A stretch of 64,000 nt of DNA from Acidimicrobiia bacterium (GTDB lineage: Bacteria; Actinomycetota; Acidimicrobiia; Spongiisociales; ZC4RG35), in NCBI GenBank assembly GCA_963665765.1, contig OY762464.1:2601958-2665957 (forward strand), in the 5' to 3' direction. Of this stretch, positions 50,369 through 60,150 are shown one piece after another. Below the pieces are notes generated by a model. It did not search any database, had not been told where the DNA came from, and saw nothing but the letters and a program-made list of their open reading frames with translations. The translations under genes were made by a program, and so were the position numbers. Position 1 is the first letter of the stretch; each line of letters begins with the position of its first letter.

Positions 50369-51966
50369 TGACTGTCGCCTCCCCCTGGTACTCCCACCGC
50401 CTCTTGGGGCTGGGAGAGCGGAAGGAAGCGATCCGGCGGTGGGAAGCGGGCGAGCTGGTGGAAAGACTGTGGGCCCGCGATGCGTCTTTGTGGGGAACAG
50501 GAGCGTCTGGCGCGGACCGGTGGCTGGGGTGGCTCGATCTTCCCCGGACCATGCACCCCCAGTTGGAGGGAATCGCTCAGATGGCCGAGGAGGTGGCTTC
50601 CGAGGGAATAGAAGACGTGGTTCTGATGGGCATGGGGGGATCCAGTCTGGCGCCGGAAATGTTCTTCTCCGTCTTCGGCGCCGCTCCGGGCCGCCCCCGA
50701 CTTTGGGTGCTCGATTCCACCCATCCGGAAGCGGTGGCCTCTCTGAGGAACCGCATAGACCCATCCCGCGCCTTTTTCGTGGTTTCCTCCAAATCGGGGA
50801 CCACGGTCGAGACACTGTCGTTCTATCGATACTTTTGGGCCGAGTGTCTCGGCGAAGCAGCACGGTTCGCGGCCATCACCGACCGAGGTACCCCCTTGGA
50901 CGGCCTGGCTCGGGAAAAGGGCTTCCGATCGGTGTTCAACGCCCCCGCCGATGTGGGGGGTCGATTCTCGGCGTTCAGTGTGTTCGGGCTGGTGCCCGCC
51001 GCTCTGATCGGGGTGGATCTGCCTACCCTGCTCTCCCGAGCCGAAGAGATGGCCCGGCGCGGGCGCCGCGGGCCATCCGAAAATCCGGCGGTGGGTCTGG
51101 GCTTGACATGGGGATCGGCGGCGGTGGCCGGGAAGGACAAGCTCACTCTCCACACCTCGGAAAGCCTGTCCGCCTTCGTGTCCTGGATGGAGCAATTGGT
51201 GGCCGAAAGCCTCGGCAAGAACGGTCGGGGAATAGTGCCGGTGGGTGGAGAGCCGATCCTGCCGTCCGGCGCATATGGCACCGATCGGGTGGTGTCGGTC
51301 TGGCAGGTGAAGGGCGATCCCCCGGTGGGTGCGCCGGGCTGGGGAGACATTCGCATCGAGTTGGCCGATCGGTTGGATCTGGGCGCCGAGCTGTTTCGAG
51401 CCGAGCTGGGGGTGGCGGCGGCGGGCGAAGTGCTGGGAGTAAACCCTTTTGATCAGCCCGACGTGGAGGAAGCCAAACGCTTGGCGTCGAAGGCGATGAG
51501 CCGTCCGGGCACCTCGGCCCAAGCCCATCTGGCGGCTGCCCAATCAGCTCATGCCCAGGAGACGATCGCCCGGTTGGTGGGGGAGTTGCAGCCCGGCGAT
51601 TATCTGGGGGTGCAGGCCTACTTGCCCCCCGATCCCGAGATCGAAAACGCGATAGGCAAGTTCAGGCGCCGGGTCACCGAGATGAGCGGCGCGCCCACCA
51701 CCTTCGGATACGGCCCGAGATACCTGCATTCCACCGGGCAGGCGCACAAGGGCGGACCTGCGGGTGGGGTGTTCATTCAGATAGTGGACGAACCGCACCT
51801 GGACATCAGGGTCCCGGGGGTCGAATACGGCTTCTCCAAACTGATCTCGGCTCAGGCGGAGGGTGACTACTTTGCCCTTCGGAAAGCGGGCCGTCGGATT
51901 GCTCGAATCAGCGTGGGCTCGGACAGATTAGGGGGTTTGCAGGCAATAGTGGAGGCTTTGGCGTGA
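50365..51966 (+). CDS. pgi: Glucose-6-phosphate isomerase
   Basis: VLMGMGGSSLAPEMF and ADVGGRFSAFSVFGLVPAAL match the PGI signatures. Confidence 0.8.
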   Translation: MMTVASPWYSHRLLGLGERKEAIRRWEAGELVERLWARDASLWGTGASGADRWLGWLDLPRTMHPQLEGIAQMAEEVASEGIEDVVLMGMGGSSLAPEMFFSVFGAAPGRPRLWVLDSTHPEAVASLRNRIDPSRAFFVVSSKSGTTVETLSFYRYFWAECLGEAARFAAITDRGTPLDGLAREKGFRSVFNAPADVGGRFSAFSVFGLVPAALIGVDLPTLLSRAEEMARRGRRGPSENPAVGLGLTWGSAAVAGKDKLTLHTSESLSAFVSWMEQLVAESLGKNGRGIVPVGGEPILPSGAYGTDRVVSVWQVKGDPPVGAPGWGDIRIELADRLDLGAELFRAELGVAAAGEVLGVNPFDQPDVEEAKRLASKAMSRPGTSAQAHLAAAQSAHAQETIARLVGELQPGDYLGVQAYLPPDPEIENAIGKFRRRVTEMSGAPTTFGYGPRYLHSTGQAHKGGPAGGVFIQIVDEPHLDIRVPGVEYGFSKLISAQAEGDYFALRKAGRRIARISVGSDRLGGLQAIVEALA

Positions 51967-52263
51967 AAACCGGAAGAAAAAGTGAAACGAAGACGTTAAT
52001 AGTAAGTCATACTTAAGCACAGGCAATGAGAGAAGGCGAAGGCCCCAAGTGAGAGAGGAGAGGATTTGAAGCATTCCGTAGCACCGACAACCGGATCGTC
52101 GTTTGCGCATGCCCGGTCGATCCTGTCCCCCGGCCATGCCACGTTTCCCGCTCCCGGCATGGTGTGGAGATTTTTGCAGATAAGAGAACGGTCACCGTAA
52201 GCCAATGATCTGACCAGCAGACAGTTCATCGCTTGCGGAGCCGCCGGAAGGCGGCTCTTTGTT

Positions 52264-52638
52264 TTGGAGACAAGGAAAATGAATCAAGAAAATCGACTTG
52301 AGATATTGAGAGACACCCTGGAAAGCCGGGGCGCCTGCTACGGCACCGGCGACACCCACAGCTTCTTCACCAATGGGAGCGAGGCGGTCCGGGTGGCTCA
52401 GATGATCTGTGCCTCCTGTCCTCTGGACGTCCGGTCGGCTTGTCTCGAATACGCCCTCACCACCGGCATGGAATACGGGGTGTGGGGAGGTATCTTCTTC
52501 TGGGACAGCCAAGCCTATTACCGCAAGAGACCCCCGGGCCGTCCCCGCGCCGATGAGGCCTCCCTGCCGGTGGAAGCTTCGAAAGCAGAGCTCTGGGACC
52601 TGGTGCACAAGCTGTCACCCATGGAAAAGAGCGCCTGA
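52264..52638 (+). CDS. whiB: WhiB-family [4Fe-4S] transcription regulator
   Basis: Four Cys in the WhiB arrangement (CYGTGD...MICASCPLDVRSACLEYAL) and the GVWGG turn. AT-rich promoter region upstream. Confidence 0.8.
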   Translation: METRKMNQENRLEILRDTLESRGACYGTGDTHSFFTNGSEAVRVAQMICASCPLDVRSACLEYALTTGMEYGVWGGIFFWDSQAYYRKRPPGRPRADEASLPVEASKAELWDLVHKLSPMEKSA

Positions 52639-52670
52639 TCCGCCGAAGTCGTAATATGAGAGTCAACGAG

Positions 52671-52743
52671 GGGCGTTTAGCTCAGATGGAAGAGCGCTTC
52701 CCTTACAAGGAAGAGGTCGGCGGTTCGATTCCGTCAACGCCCA
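52671..52743 (+). tRNA. tRNA-Val (anticodon TAC)
   Basis: Manual fold: acceptor GGGCGTT/AACGCCC (7 bp), D-arm GCTC-AGATGGA-GAGC, anticodon arm CTTCC-CTTACAA-GGAAG, variable AGGTC, T-arm GGCGG-TTCGATT-CCGTC, discriminator A. No encoded CCA. Confidence 0.85.
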
Positions 52744-53100
52744 CACCGAGGAGTCTGCGATTTATGACGCTGATAGGCTGTTTTTCCCATTTGGGTTGGT
52801 TTTGGGGGTTTTTGACCGTTTCGGAGGGGGCTGTGGCCTAGCCGGGGGGCTGTTTGGTGGTTGTCGGGACGAGGTTCCCCCGGTTTGGCGGACTGTTTTG
52901 GTTGGTTGTTCATGCCACCAGTTTTTGGTGTTGGTGGCGGTAGTTTACGGGGCTTTGGTAGTTGTTGGGTGAGTGTCCGGCAACGGGATATATAGCAGTG
53001 AACTCAAGGTTCATGGTGAAGGAACTGCCGAGGAGTTCCCGAATCGCCAGCGACAGCCCAGCCTGTCCATCTGCTCACCAAGAAACCTCATGGCGGCAAT

Positions 53101-54621
53101 GTGTGCTATTCTGGCGGTATGTCAATGACCATTGAGGTCGCCAACGTCGGCCCGATCCGGCACGCTCAACTGTCCCTTGGCAACCTAAATGTGCTGATCG
53201 GCACAAATGACACTGGTAAGACCTTTTTTGCAACGGTAGTCCATCGCCTATTGGCAGCGAGCACCGACGCATACTTCCCCGACACGGAGCCAGCGGACTA
53301 TATCCCCAAGAACATACACGATTATGTCAGGGAATTCAAAACCACTTCACGGCGAAGTGGAGGCCAAGACAGTGAGAGGGAACTTGTCATTGACGATGAG
53401 ATGCGGACATGGGCGAATGGAATAAACGAATCCACACTCCAGCGGTTCGGTAAAGCCGCACGCCGTGGGATTTCTTACGCGTATGGTGCGCCTACAGAAC
53501 GTCTCCTGCGGCAACCGCTTCTATATTCGAGGCACGAGTCGTACATGTTCATAAAGAACCTCGAACCGCGATGGAGTGTCAGAATAAAGATGGATGGTGA
53601 TAACGAAGCCGACGATTATGTTTGCGTATCCCGCCCGAACCCCGACACTTGGTTGCGTGATGTCTTCAATCCTGCCCTTATCCAGCGGCTGTCTGCACAT
53701 TACGAATTCTTCCAGTCAAAGAATAAGAACAATGAAGTTGATCCCATTCAAGACATCGAAGAGCTATGCCAGTACATACTGTACATGACAGGAGATGTAG
53801 CCTTGTTTCGTCAGTGGCCAAAGGAATGTCTTCATCTTCCCTCTGAGCGCGGCGGCATTATGCAGAGTTACCGCGGAATCACAAGCGCAGCATTGCGGAA
53901 GAGCGCCTTCGCCGGAATTGAGCCTGTCGAAATCGAACCCCTTGACGGTACCTCTAGAGATTTTTTGTCCTTCGTCGTTTCGTCTGGAAGTGAAAAGCCT
54001 CGGTTGACTTCAGATAAGAGCTATGCAAACTGGGCAAAGAACCTTGAAAAGAATCTAAGAGCAAAGATTGAACTTCTCAAAAACCCAAGTGGTCTAGACC
54101 GCATTGTAGCGACCACGCCGGAGGGCCAATTCGAACTCAATCAAACTTCGTCAATGATCTCCGAAGTCTCGCCATTCGTACTTGCGTTAAAGCATCGGTT
54201 GGGAACTCGAGACTATCTCACGATCGACGAGCCAGAGGCACACCTGCATCCGGAAATGCAAATCGAGATCGCTAAATGCTTGGTGGATCTGGCTTCAAAG
54301 GGTTTGACGATCACATTCACAACTCACTCCAATTATTTCGTTGAACAAATAAGCAATGGGATACGCAGCAGTGAACTTGAGACTCATGGCGAGGAGGAGT
54401 TGCCGCCGATTCCTCGAATTGATCCTGAAAATGTTCGCGCGCTCCTATTTGTCCGCGATGACAATGGCTGCGCCGCTATTGACGCTACGGGTGACAGTAT
54501 TGACCCGATAAAGGAAGAAACCTTCACTAAGGCTGCTCGCGCTCAATATGAGCAATCGGTTCCGCTCATTAATCGACTACTCGAGCGAGTCAACGCGACG
54601 GGCGAAGTGGCCGATCAATAG
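53101..54621 (+). CDS. AAA_21/ABC-type (SMC-like) ATPase, first gene of a two-gene defense-like module
   Basis: Walker A LIGTNDTGKTFF near the N-terminus. Distant Walker B/D-loop LTIDEPEAHLHPEMQ and H-loop ITFTTHSNYF, with a ~340-aa insert between them, as in abortive-infection ATPases (Septu PtuA, PARIS AriA, AbiLi). GC ~50%. Confidence 0.7.
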   Translation: MCYSGGMSMTIEVANVGPIRHAQLSLGNLNVLIGTNDTGKTFFATVVHRLLAASTDAYFPDTEPADYIPKNIHDYVREFKTTSRRSGGQDSERELVIDDEMRTWANGINESTLQRFGKAARRGISYAYGAPTERLLRQPLLYSRHESYMFIKNLEPRWSVRIKMDGDNEADDYVCVSRPNPDTWLRDVFNPALIQRLSAHYEFFQSKNKNNEVDPIQDIEELCQYILYMTGDVALFRQWPKECLHLPSERGGIMQSYRGITSAALRKSAFAGIEPVEIEPLDGTSRDFLSFVVSSGSEKPRLTSDKSYANWAKNLEKNLRAKIELLKNPSGLDRIVATTPEGQFELNQTSSMISEVSPFVLALKHRLGTRDYLTIDEPEAHLHPEMQIEIAKCLVDLASKGLTITFTTHSNYFVEQISNGIRSSELETHGEEELPPIPRIDPENVRALLFVRDDNGCAAIDATGDSIDPIKEETFTKAARAQYEQSVPLINRLLERVNATGEVADQ

Positions 54622-54627
54622 GTCGCG

Positions 54628-55212
54628 ATGGACACCCTGGGTTCACCATATATGAAGCCCTGTGGTCACGATTGCCAAATTTGCCGGTTTCATAAGGCAT
54701 TGGTTGATGCAGGAGCCCAATTCAGTTATTCTGACACACTACGTGAGGCCGAGTGTTCATTTACAGTTAGCACCCCCGCATACCCTTGCTGTGTAACCAA
54801 ACTCAAGGTGGATACAGATTACGCGACGTATAGACAGAGGGTGGATCCGCCGGGCCTCACAAAAATGTGCGACTTTGTGGTGGCCTTTTCAACATGCAAA
54901 GGTGCAAGATATAGTGCCATCGAGTTGAAATCGCGAGAGCCATATCTGGAGGATGCAGCGGAACAACTGAAAGAAGGACTTCATCTGATTGTAAATCACC
55001 TGGTTGACGGTCCCCTTAGGCCTGTGCTGCGGGCATACCTTGTCGTGGGTGTGATGACCACGAGGTTGATAGATATTACTCGTACTGAAGGCAGATTGAA
55101 TGTAGATGGCAGGCTCGTCCAAATTGAACTCGTTGAGTGCCTTGAATCGCTGGAAGGCTCGCCAAGTCGTGGGGAGGGTGGTGGTCCGAGGGTTCAAAGA
55201 AGCGGGTTGTGA
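54628..55212 (+). CDS. Small partner protein with N-terminal Cys cluster and a possible PD-(D/E)xK-like nuclease motif
   Basis: 6 bp after the ATPase gene. C12-x3-C16-x2-C19 cluster. CDFVVAF...YSAIELKSR resembles the D...(E)xK core of restriction-endonuclease-fold nucleases. This is inference only. Confidence 0.45.
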   Translation: MDTLGSPYMKPCGHDCQICRFHKALVDAGAQFSYSDTLREAECSFTVSTPAYPCCVTKLKVDTDYATYRQRVDPPGLTKMCDFVVAFSTCKGARYSAIELKSREPYLEDAAEQLKEGLHLIVNHLVDGPLRPVLRAYLVVGVMTTRLIDITRTEGRLNVDGRLVQIELVECLESLEGSPSRGEGGGPRVQRSGL

Positions 55213-55316
55213 CCGGGGGGTATTGAGGACTGGAGATTCCATTCCGACCCATGGATGAGGCGTAGGCAACGTTTCGTGCCAGTCCGGACGCTGCTCTGCG
55301 AGACCGTCCCGAACCG

Positions 55317-55598
55317 GTGTTGTTGGACGAGTGGCAAATAGTGCCCGAGGTGCTGGCCGCGGTGAAACGGGCGGTGGATTCCGACCGTCGTCCGGGACGA
55401 TTCCTCATAACGGGTTCCAACCGAAGGGACACATCTGATCGGTTCTGGGCGGGGACCGGGCGGGTAGTGATGGTCTACATGCAACCTTTGACAGTGGCGG
55501 AAATGCTGTGCCGCCCGAGTGGTGGGTTTGTGGATCGGGTGGTTTCGGGTGATGCGCTTACCGCCGCGGCCGGTCGAGTGTTGGATCGCGGCACGTAA
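55317..55598 (+). pseudogene. Fragment of an AAA_14/DUF4143-type ATPase gene (Walker B region only)
   Basis: LLDEWQIVPEVLAAVKRAVDSDRRPGRFLITGSN parallels the Walker-B/FILTGS block of the 40554-42566 protein. Only ~90 aa remain. Confidence 0.4.
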
Positions 55599-55718
55599 CT
55601 GTTCATATGCAACATATGTTATTCCCGCTCTCACGCGGGACACACTTCCCATATCACGCGCGTCCACCACCAGAAAGCACCGGCAGAGATTCGGACCAGC
55701 GGGGTATATTCAGAGGTT

Positions 55719-56006
55719 GTGGCAGTTGCGCCCGAGTTCCTGGGAATGAAGTTCGGGGTGGCTTACGAAAAGGACACGGAGTCCCACATCCGCATTATCT
55801 ACTGGGACTGGGCCGCCCAGAACTGTCAGCCCAGAACTGTCAGCCAATATGGGATAAACAGCCGGGCTGTTATAGAGGGATGGCTGCCGCAGCTTGGCAT
55901 GTGGGCAATCAACGACTGGGTAGAAGCACACCAGCCCGAATTGCAACAAGCCTGGGAAGACAGCCGGATGGGAAGAGTCCCCGCCTTGATCGAACCACTG
56001 GAATAG
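55719..56006 (+). pseudogene. DUF4160-like gene fragment containing a 13-bp tandem duplication
   Basis: C-terminal AINDWVEAHQPELQQAWEDSR resembles the DUF4160 tail (…EW...H.EEL..NW). CCCAGAACTGTCAG occurs twice in tandem (55811-55843). Confidence 0.3.
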
Positions 56007-56198
56007 AACCAGGTGAACCCGCCCCCGGGACACCAGGAACTGGCCGGTGGGCACTTTCAGTGATCGCCGACAGTTTGTCTTCCCCACTCACCGGCCGGTC
56101 CAGGCCAAAGGTTTGAGGTTGCGCGGACCGATAACCCTGCCATCAACCCTGCTGCTGCCCTTAGGGACGCCGTGGAAATGGAGGCTCAAGTCGGGCGG

Positions 56199-56797
56199 TC
56201 AGCGTCTCCATAAAGCGCCGGAAGTGCGGTAGCCAGCGCTCGAGTCTGCTCGGGTCCACGAGTCCGAGCAGTACAAAGAGTTCCGTCCTTTTTGGTACCC
56301 GCCTTTGCGGAAGGATGCGGTGGCATGTTTCAACGCTTGGATCACCTCCTCTTTGCGACGCTCCTCAAGTCCCTGAACAGGTAGCAGTCGATCCGGATTC
56401 AGGTCGGGAAAGTAATCTCGCAGGGCGCTGTGATCTGCAATCAGCCACGTTTCCATGCATGTGGCCATTAGTTGAGCCTGGTCATCTGAAGCCTGCCTTG
56501 GTCGTGTCCATTTGTCGTTCGCGACCAAATGCTGCCATGCGCCGGAGGAACTCGGCGGCTGATGTTGAGTTTGAACGATGGCCTCGCTATCGACCAAAGG
56601 ATGGGGTAACCATCCCCCTCCCGGAGCGCTGTCCTAAAGTTCCGGTAAGCGCGGGTCTCGGGGGCCGCAGGCGACCACCTTTGGCAGTCGCCCGACAAAG
56701 CCTGCTTGGACGAGCAGATCCCGAAAACCTCTGCGCAATTGGCTCTTGAGTGCGGCTCGGTGCCCCCGCCTCCTTCCGCATACAATACGACATTCAC
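56199..56797 (-). pseudogene. DUF4276 (RloB/AbiLii-like) gene disrupted by frameshifts
   Basis: N-terminal piece MNVVLYAEGGGGTE (TOPRIM-like VEGxTE) in one frame (56468-56797). C-terminal piece with the METWLIADHSALRDYF (E.WLLAD..AL) hallmark in another frame (56199-56597). A third frame carries the middle. Confidence 0.45.
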
Positions 56798-58047
56798 CAG
56801 CGAGTGCCGCCTATTTGTCCAGTGGTCCAGAGCTCACCCAGTCGGTATTCTTCTAGCCATCTGCTTAGACCGTCCTGGCTAAAACGCTCCATCCGTGTGC
56901 ATCCATTGTGATTCTCGAACACCACGATCGCCTCTGGTGTTTCAGATAGGGCGTCGACCAGAATGTCAGAGTGGGTGGTTACAACGACCTGCATACGTTC
57001 GCTGGCCGCAATCAGGTGCTTCGCCAGGCCCGCCACAATATCGGGGTGCAGTCCGAGTTCGGGCTCCTCGATGCAGAGCACCGGCAAGGCATTGGGGTTG
57101 TACAGCATGGTCAGGAGACACAGATAGCGAATGGCCCCATCCGACAGCCTGGTCGCGGGAATCGAACGCCGTCCGCTTTCGGTAAAGAAGATCTGAACCG
57201 ACCCACCGCCGATTACAACTTCATAGCTCGTGAAGCCTTCGTAGAGTTCCCGTAGACCATTGATGACCTGCTGTTTAGCCTCGGGAAAAGCACCCATCTG
57301 ATTGAGAACCAACCCGAGGTTGGAAAAGTCCTCTTCGAGGCGATCCGAACGCCCATCAGCAGGTTGCGATCGGCGCAGTGGAGCACCTCGGCCGAACGCC
57401 CACCCGTCGTATATCTGGATCGAGTTGTAGACGCTGGCCAGCAACGCCAGGTGGGGATAGTCAAACGGTGACCGGAGCTGCTGAAGAATCGACTGATTTG
57501 TCACATCGGGATAGGAACGCCGCGTGAGAGGCCCTGCCGGAGCATGAACGGAGCCCAACCGTACCCATCTGAGACCTGGCCCCGGGCGCAACGGCGGACG
57601 ATCCTCAGGGGAACCCGACAAGACGTCATCCTCAGACCGAGCGCGAATCTTTGCCTCCCTCGAATCCAGACAAGACTCATACAGAAGCGTGTCGGGCTGC
57701 AATGTGACCAGCTCTTTGGTCGGCCACAGTTCGGAGTCAACTGTGCGAAAGGAAATTTGATGGCCAAGTTGCATGCCAGCCGGGGAAACAACCATGTCGA
57801 GCTGCGGTGCCCCGGTCACCTCGCTCTCCCATAACCAACTTCTTGGTCCCCCACCGCGACGGACAACATCCTGAAGCTCGGTCGGAATGCTGCGTATCAA
57901 CCTGAAGACATCAAAAAGGTTGGACTTCCCAGAAGCGTTCGGCCCGATGAGCACATTGAGCATCCCCAGATGCACGGGTGAGGTCTCGGGACCAAATGAA
58001 AGCAACCCTCTTGGCCTGATCGTCTGGATCAAAGGCTGATTGAGCAT
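56794..58047 (-). CDS. AAA_21 ABC-type ATPase (AbiLi-like abortive-infection ATPase)
   Basis: Walker A LIGPNASGKSNLFDV, Walker B/D-loop LCIEEPELGLHPD, H-loop VVVTTHSD. Stop overlaps the start of the DUF4276 remnant. Confidence 0.75.
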   Translation of the reverse strand: MLNQPLIQTIRPRGLLSFGPETSPVHLGMLNVLIGPNASGKSNLFDVFRLIRSIPTELQDVVRRGGGPRSWLWESEVTGAPQLDMVVSPAGMQLGHQISFRTVDSELWPTKELVTLQPDTLLYESCLDSREAKIRARSEDDVLSGSPEDRPPLRPGPGLRWVRLGSVHAPAGPLTRRSYPDVTNQSILQQLRSPFDYPHLALLASVYNSIQIYDGWAFGRGAPLRRSQPADGRSDRLEEDFSNLGLVLNQMGAFPEAKQQVINGLRELYEGFTSYEVVIGGGSVQIFFTESGRRSIPATRLSDGAIRYLCLLTMLYNPNALPVLCIEEPELGLHPDIVAGLAKHLIAASERMQVVVTTHSDILVDALSETPEAIVVFENHNGCTRMERFSQDGLSRWLEEYRLGELWTTGQIGGTRW

Positions 58048-58266
58048 AGATCCCCGGTGGGTGACTGACGTCCCGCTCAGTATAAGCTCTCAATTGTCAG
58101 GGGGTGGAGATTGGGCCGGCGACTGTGCTTATATTCACATAACGCCAAATGCCGAGGCGATAGACAAGCTTAGATGACACTATTAAAAGCGGTCTTGCCT
58201 GTCAATAGGTGTGCCGCCTGGGTGAGTATTCTCCCCAAATTACGGGTGGGAGTTCCTAAAAGAGCG

Positions 58267-58731
58267 TCAGTTTCTGCAAAGCTTTAGGCGCAAGAGACGC
58301 CTGTGTTTTTCGGTCAGTGCTTCCCTTTTGGAGGACGCGTAGATCTTGCCGCGGGGCATGTCGATCAACTCCTTTTTGCTGAAATCGACCCTCAAATCTA
58401 CGTCGTAGGAATAAAGTAGCCTGGCACCGCTTATTTGCGCCAAGGCTAGGATGTGCCAATCGTCAGATCGAATGCGCCTATCTTCGGCTAACTTCGTTGT
58501 GAGTTCGTTGACTCTGTGGTCATCCTCGTTCCGGACTAGACCCGCGTTGATGGCTGCCGAAAGCCACTTGCGCATGGCATTGCCGCAATCCCAATACTCC
58601 TTCCGAAGCTTTTGACCACCCAGCACAACTTTGATCTTCCCATCTTCAACCTGGCTCAGGAAGAACTTTCCGGCAGTACCCACGTCCTTGAATAAGTCCT
58701 TGACGACATTCGCATCAACGATTGCGCACAT
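58267..58731 (-). CDS. PIN-like domain protein (putative nuclease partner)
   Basis: N-terminus MCAIVDANVV (PIN strand-1 Asp) with downstream acidic residues (…QVEDGK…, …NEDDH…, …SYDVDLRVDF…). 3 bp after the upstream ATPase gene. Confidence 0.45.
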   Translation of the reverse strand: MCAIVDANVVKDLFKDVGTAGKFFLSQVEDGKIKVVLGGQKLRKEYWDCGNAMRKWLSAAINAGLVRNEDDHRVNELTTKLAEDRRIRSDDWHILALAQISGARLLYSYDVDLRVDFSKKELIDMPRGKIYASSKREALTEKHRRLLRLKLCRN

Positions 58732-58734
58732 GGC

Positions 58735-60150
58735 TCAGGCGGACATGGAACGCCGCAACTCCTTCATGAAGAACTTGCGGTACCCCGCAGGGGCACCGTC
58801 GATGTTCCCCAGACGGTCCACGCTGATGGAATGGACCTGTACGGCTTGTTCCTCTCGCTTGAAGTACAGAATCGACACGTCTCGTGGCCGCAGACCCACC
58901 GAATTGTCTCGGACAGCCATCCTTACTCGGTCGATGATAAAGTCGCTGTGAGTCTCCACCACAAGTTGCCGACTGGCATTCCGCCTACGCCTAGAACCTG
59001 CGATCTCGCTGAGAAGGCTTCCGAGAGCGGCCGACGCTTTCGGATGCAGATGGACCTCGGGTTGCTGCAGTAGCACCAGCCGCCGACCGTCATGGCGCAG
59101 GAGCTCGGTGATGAGCGGAAGCACCTGACTCACCCCGTAGCCCATATCGACCAGATTGCGCATAGGACCCTTACGCTGTTTACCGGATTTTCGTAGGCGA
59201 ATCTGGAACGGAGCACTCTCGACCTTGCCGAGCCGACGTATCTCAATCTCGGTGAAAAGGCCAGCCTGTCTACCGAACTCCTGAATCCGGGTCTTGAGCG
59301 AGTCCCACTCTTTTGGTTCCCGCAGGGCCAACTGGGCGAGGTACATCGGCACATAGTCGCCCTCGGGATCCGGGGTGGTCCGAGCCGGATCGTAAGTTCG
59401 CTTAGGCTGCGAACGTACCGGAGCACTGGCGAACACCCCTCCGACACCCATGCCACCCCCTACGACACGAGGCCTTGTGCGCGCATACTTGAGGTGTTTT
59501 TCGATCTCAGACAAATCTTCAAATGAGATGGGGGGTGAACCCTTGATCGGCTTGAACCATTCTTCTAATGCCAAGTTGGTCTGACGTTCGGTGTCGAGCG
59601 CCCGTCTGAGAACCCACATTGGGGAATCAACCATAGGCAATCTATTGCTGTCGCGTCCTGGGAGATGAGGGAGATAACCATCTCGGGCGTCCGCCCAAGC
59701 TCCACGGGGACCGCCGTAGATGATGTGGGGCCCATCATCTTCACTGAACCTTTGCTCAACCCAAAACTGACCTTGTGAAACCCGACGGCGTGTGGGAACC
59801 GGTGCCGACAGATAATCAGTGAAGTCAACGTGTGTCGCCATCGCAGAAGCCTTTGCGGCGCCTTTCCGGATAGCCAACTCCATGACCGCGCCGAACTGCT
59901 CGGGTGGCCCACCCCTCGCGCCACTGCGATGGATGATCTCACTAAAGCTGCCCAGATCATAGGGAGGCTCTTTGAAATCCGGTACACGATTGAGGTACGC
60001 AATATCGACCATGGCACGGAGCATTGCCAAAAGCGAGGTCTTGCCAGTGTTGTTATCTCCGACAAGTAAAGTCAATGGTGCCAAGCGGGCGGTCTGCGAA
60101 CCAGCAAAGCAACGGTAGTTGCGGACCGTAATGCTCTTGATTATCTCCAA
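58735..60150 (-). CDS. AAA_15/AAA_21 ABC-type ATPase (DUF3696-like C-terminus), paired with the PIN-like protein
   Basis: Walker A LLVGDNNTGKTSLL, Walker B LVLLQQPEVHLHPKA, H-loop LVVETHSDF, long insert between the A and B motifs. Confidence 0.75.
   Translation of the reverse strand: MEIIKSITVRNYRCFAGSQTARLAPLTLLVGDNNTGKTSLLAMLRAMVDIAYLNRVPDFKEPPYDLGSFSEIIHRSGARGGPPEQFGAVMELAIRKGAAKASAMATHVDFTDYLSAPVPTRRRVSQGQFWVEQRFSEDDGPHIIYGGPRGAWADARDGYLPHLPGRDSNRLPMVDSPMWVLRRALDTERQTNLALEEWFKPIKGSPPISFEDLSEIEKHLKYARTRPRVVGGGMGVGGVFASAPVRSQPKRTYDPARTTPDPEGDYVPMYLAQLALREPKEWDSLKTRIQEFGRQAGLFTEIEIRRLGKVESAPFQIRLRKSGKQRKGPMRNLVDMGYGVSQVLPLITELLRHDGRRLVLLQQPEVHLHPKASAALGSLLSEIAGSRRRRNASRQLVVETHSDFIIDRVRMAVRDNSVGLRPRDVSILYFKREEQAVQVHSISVDRLGNIDGAPAGYRKFFMKELRRSMSA

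Noticed and set aside
52656-52841. 61-aa ORF overlapping the tRNA-Val gene
   Set aside because: It is fully explained by the tRNA; its translation is low-complexity and it has no RBS.
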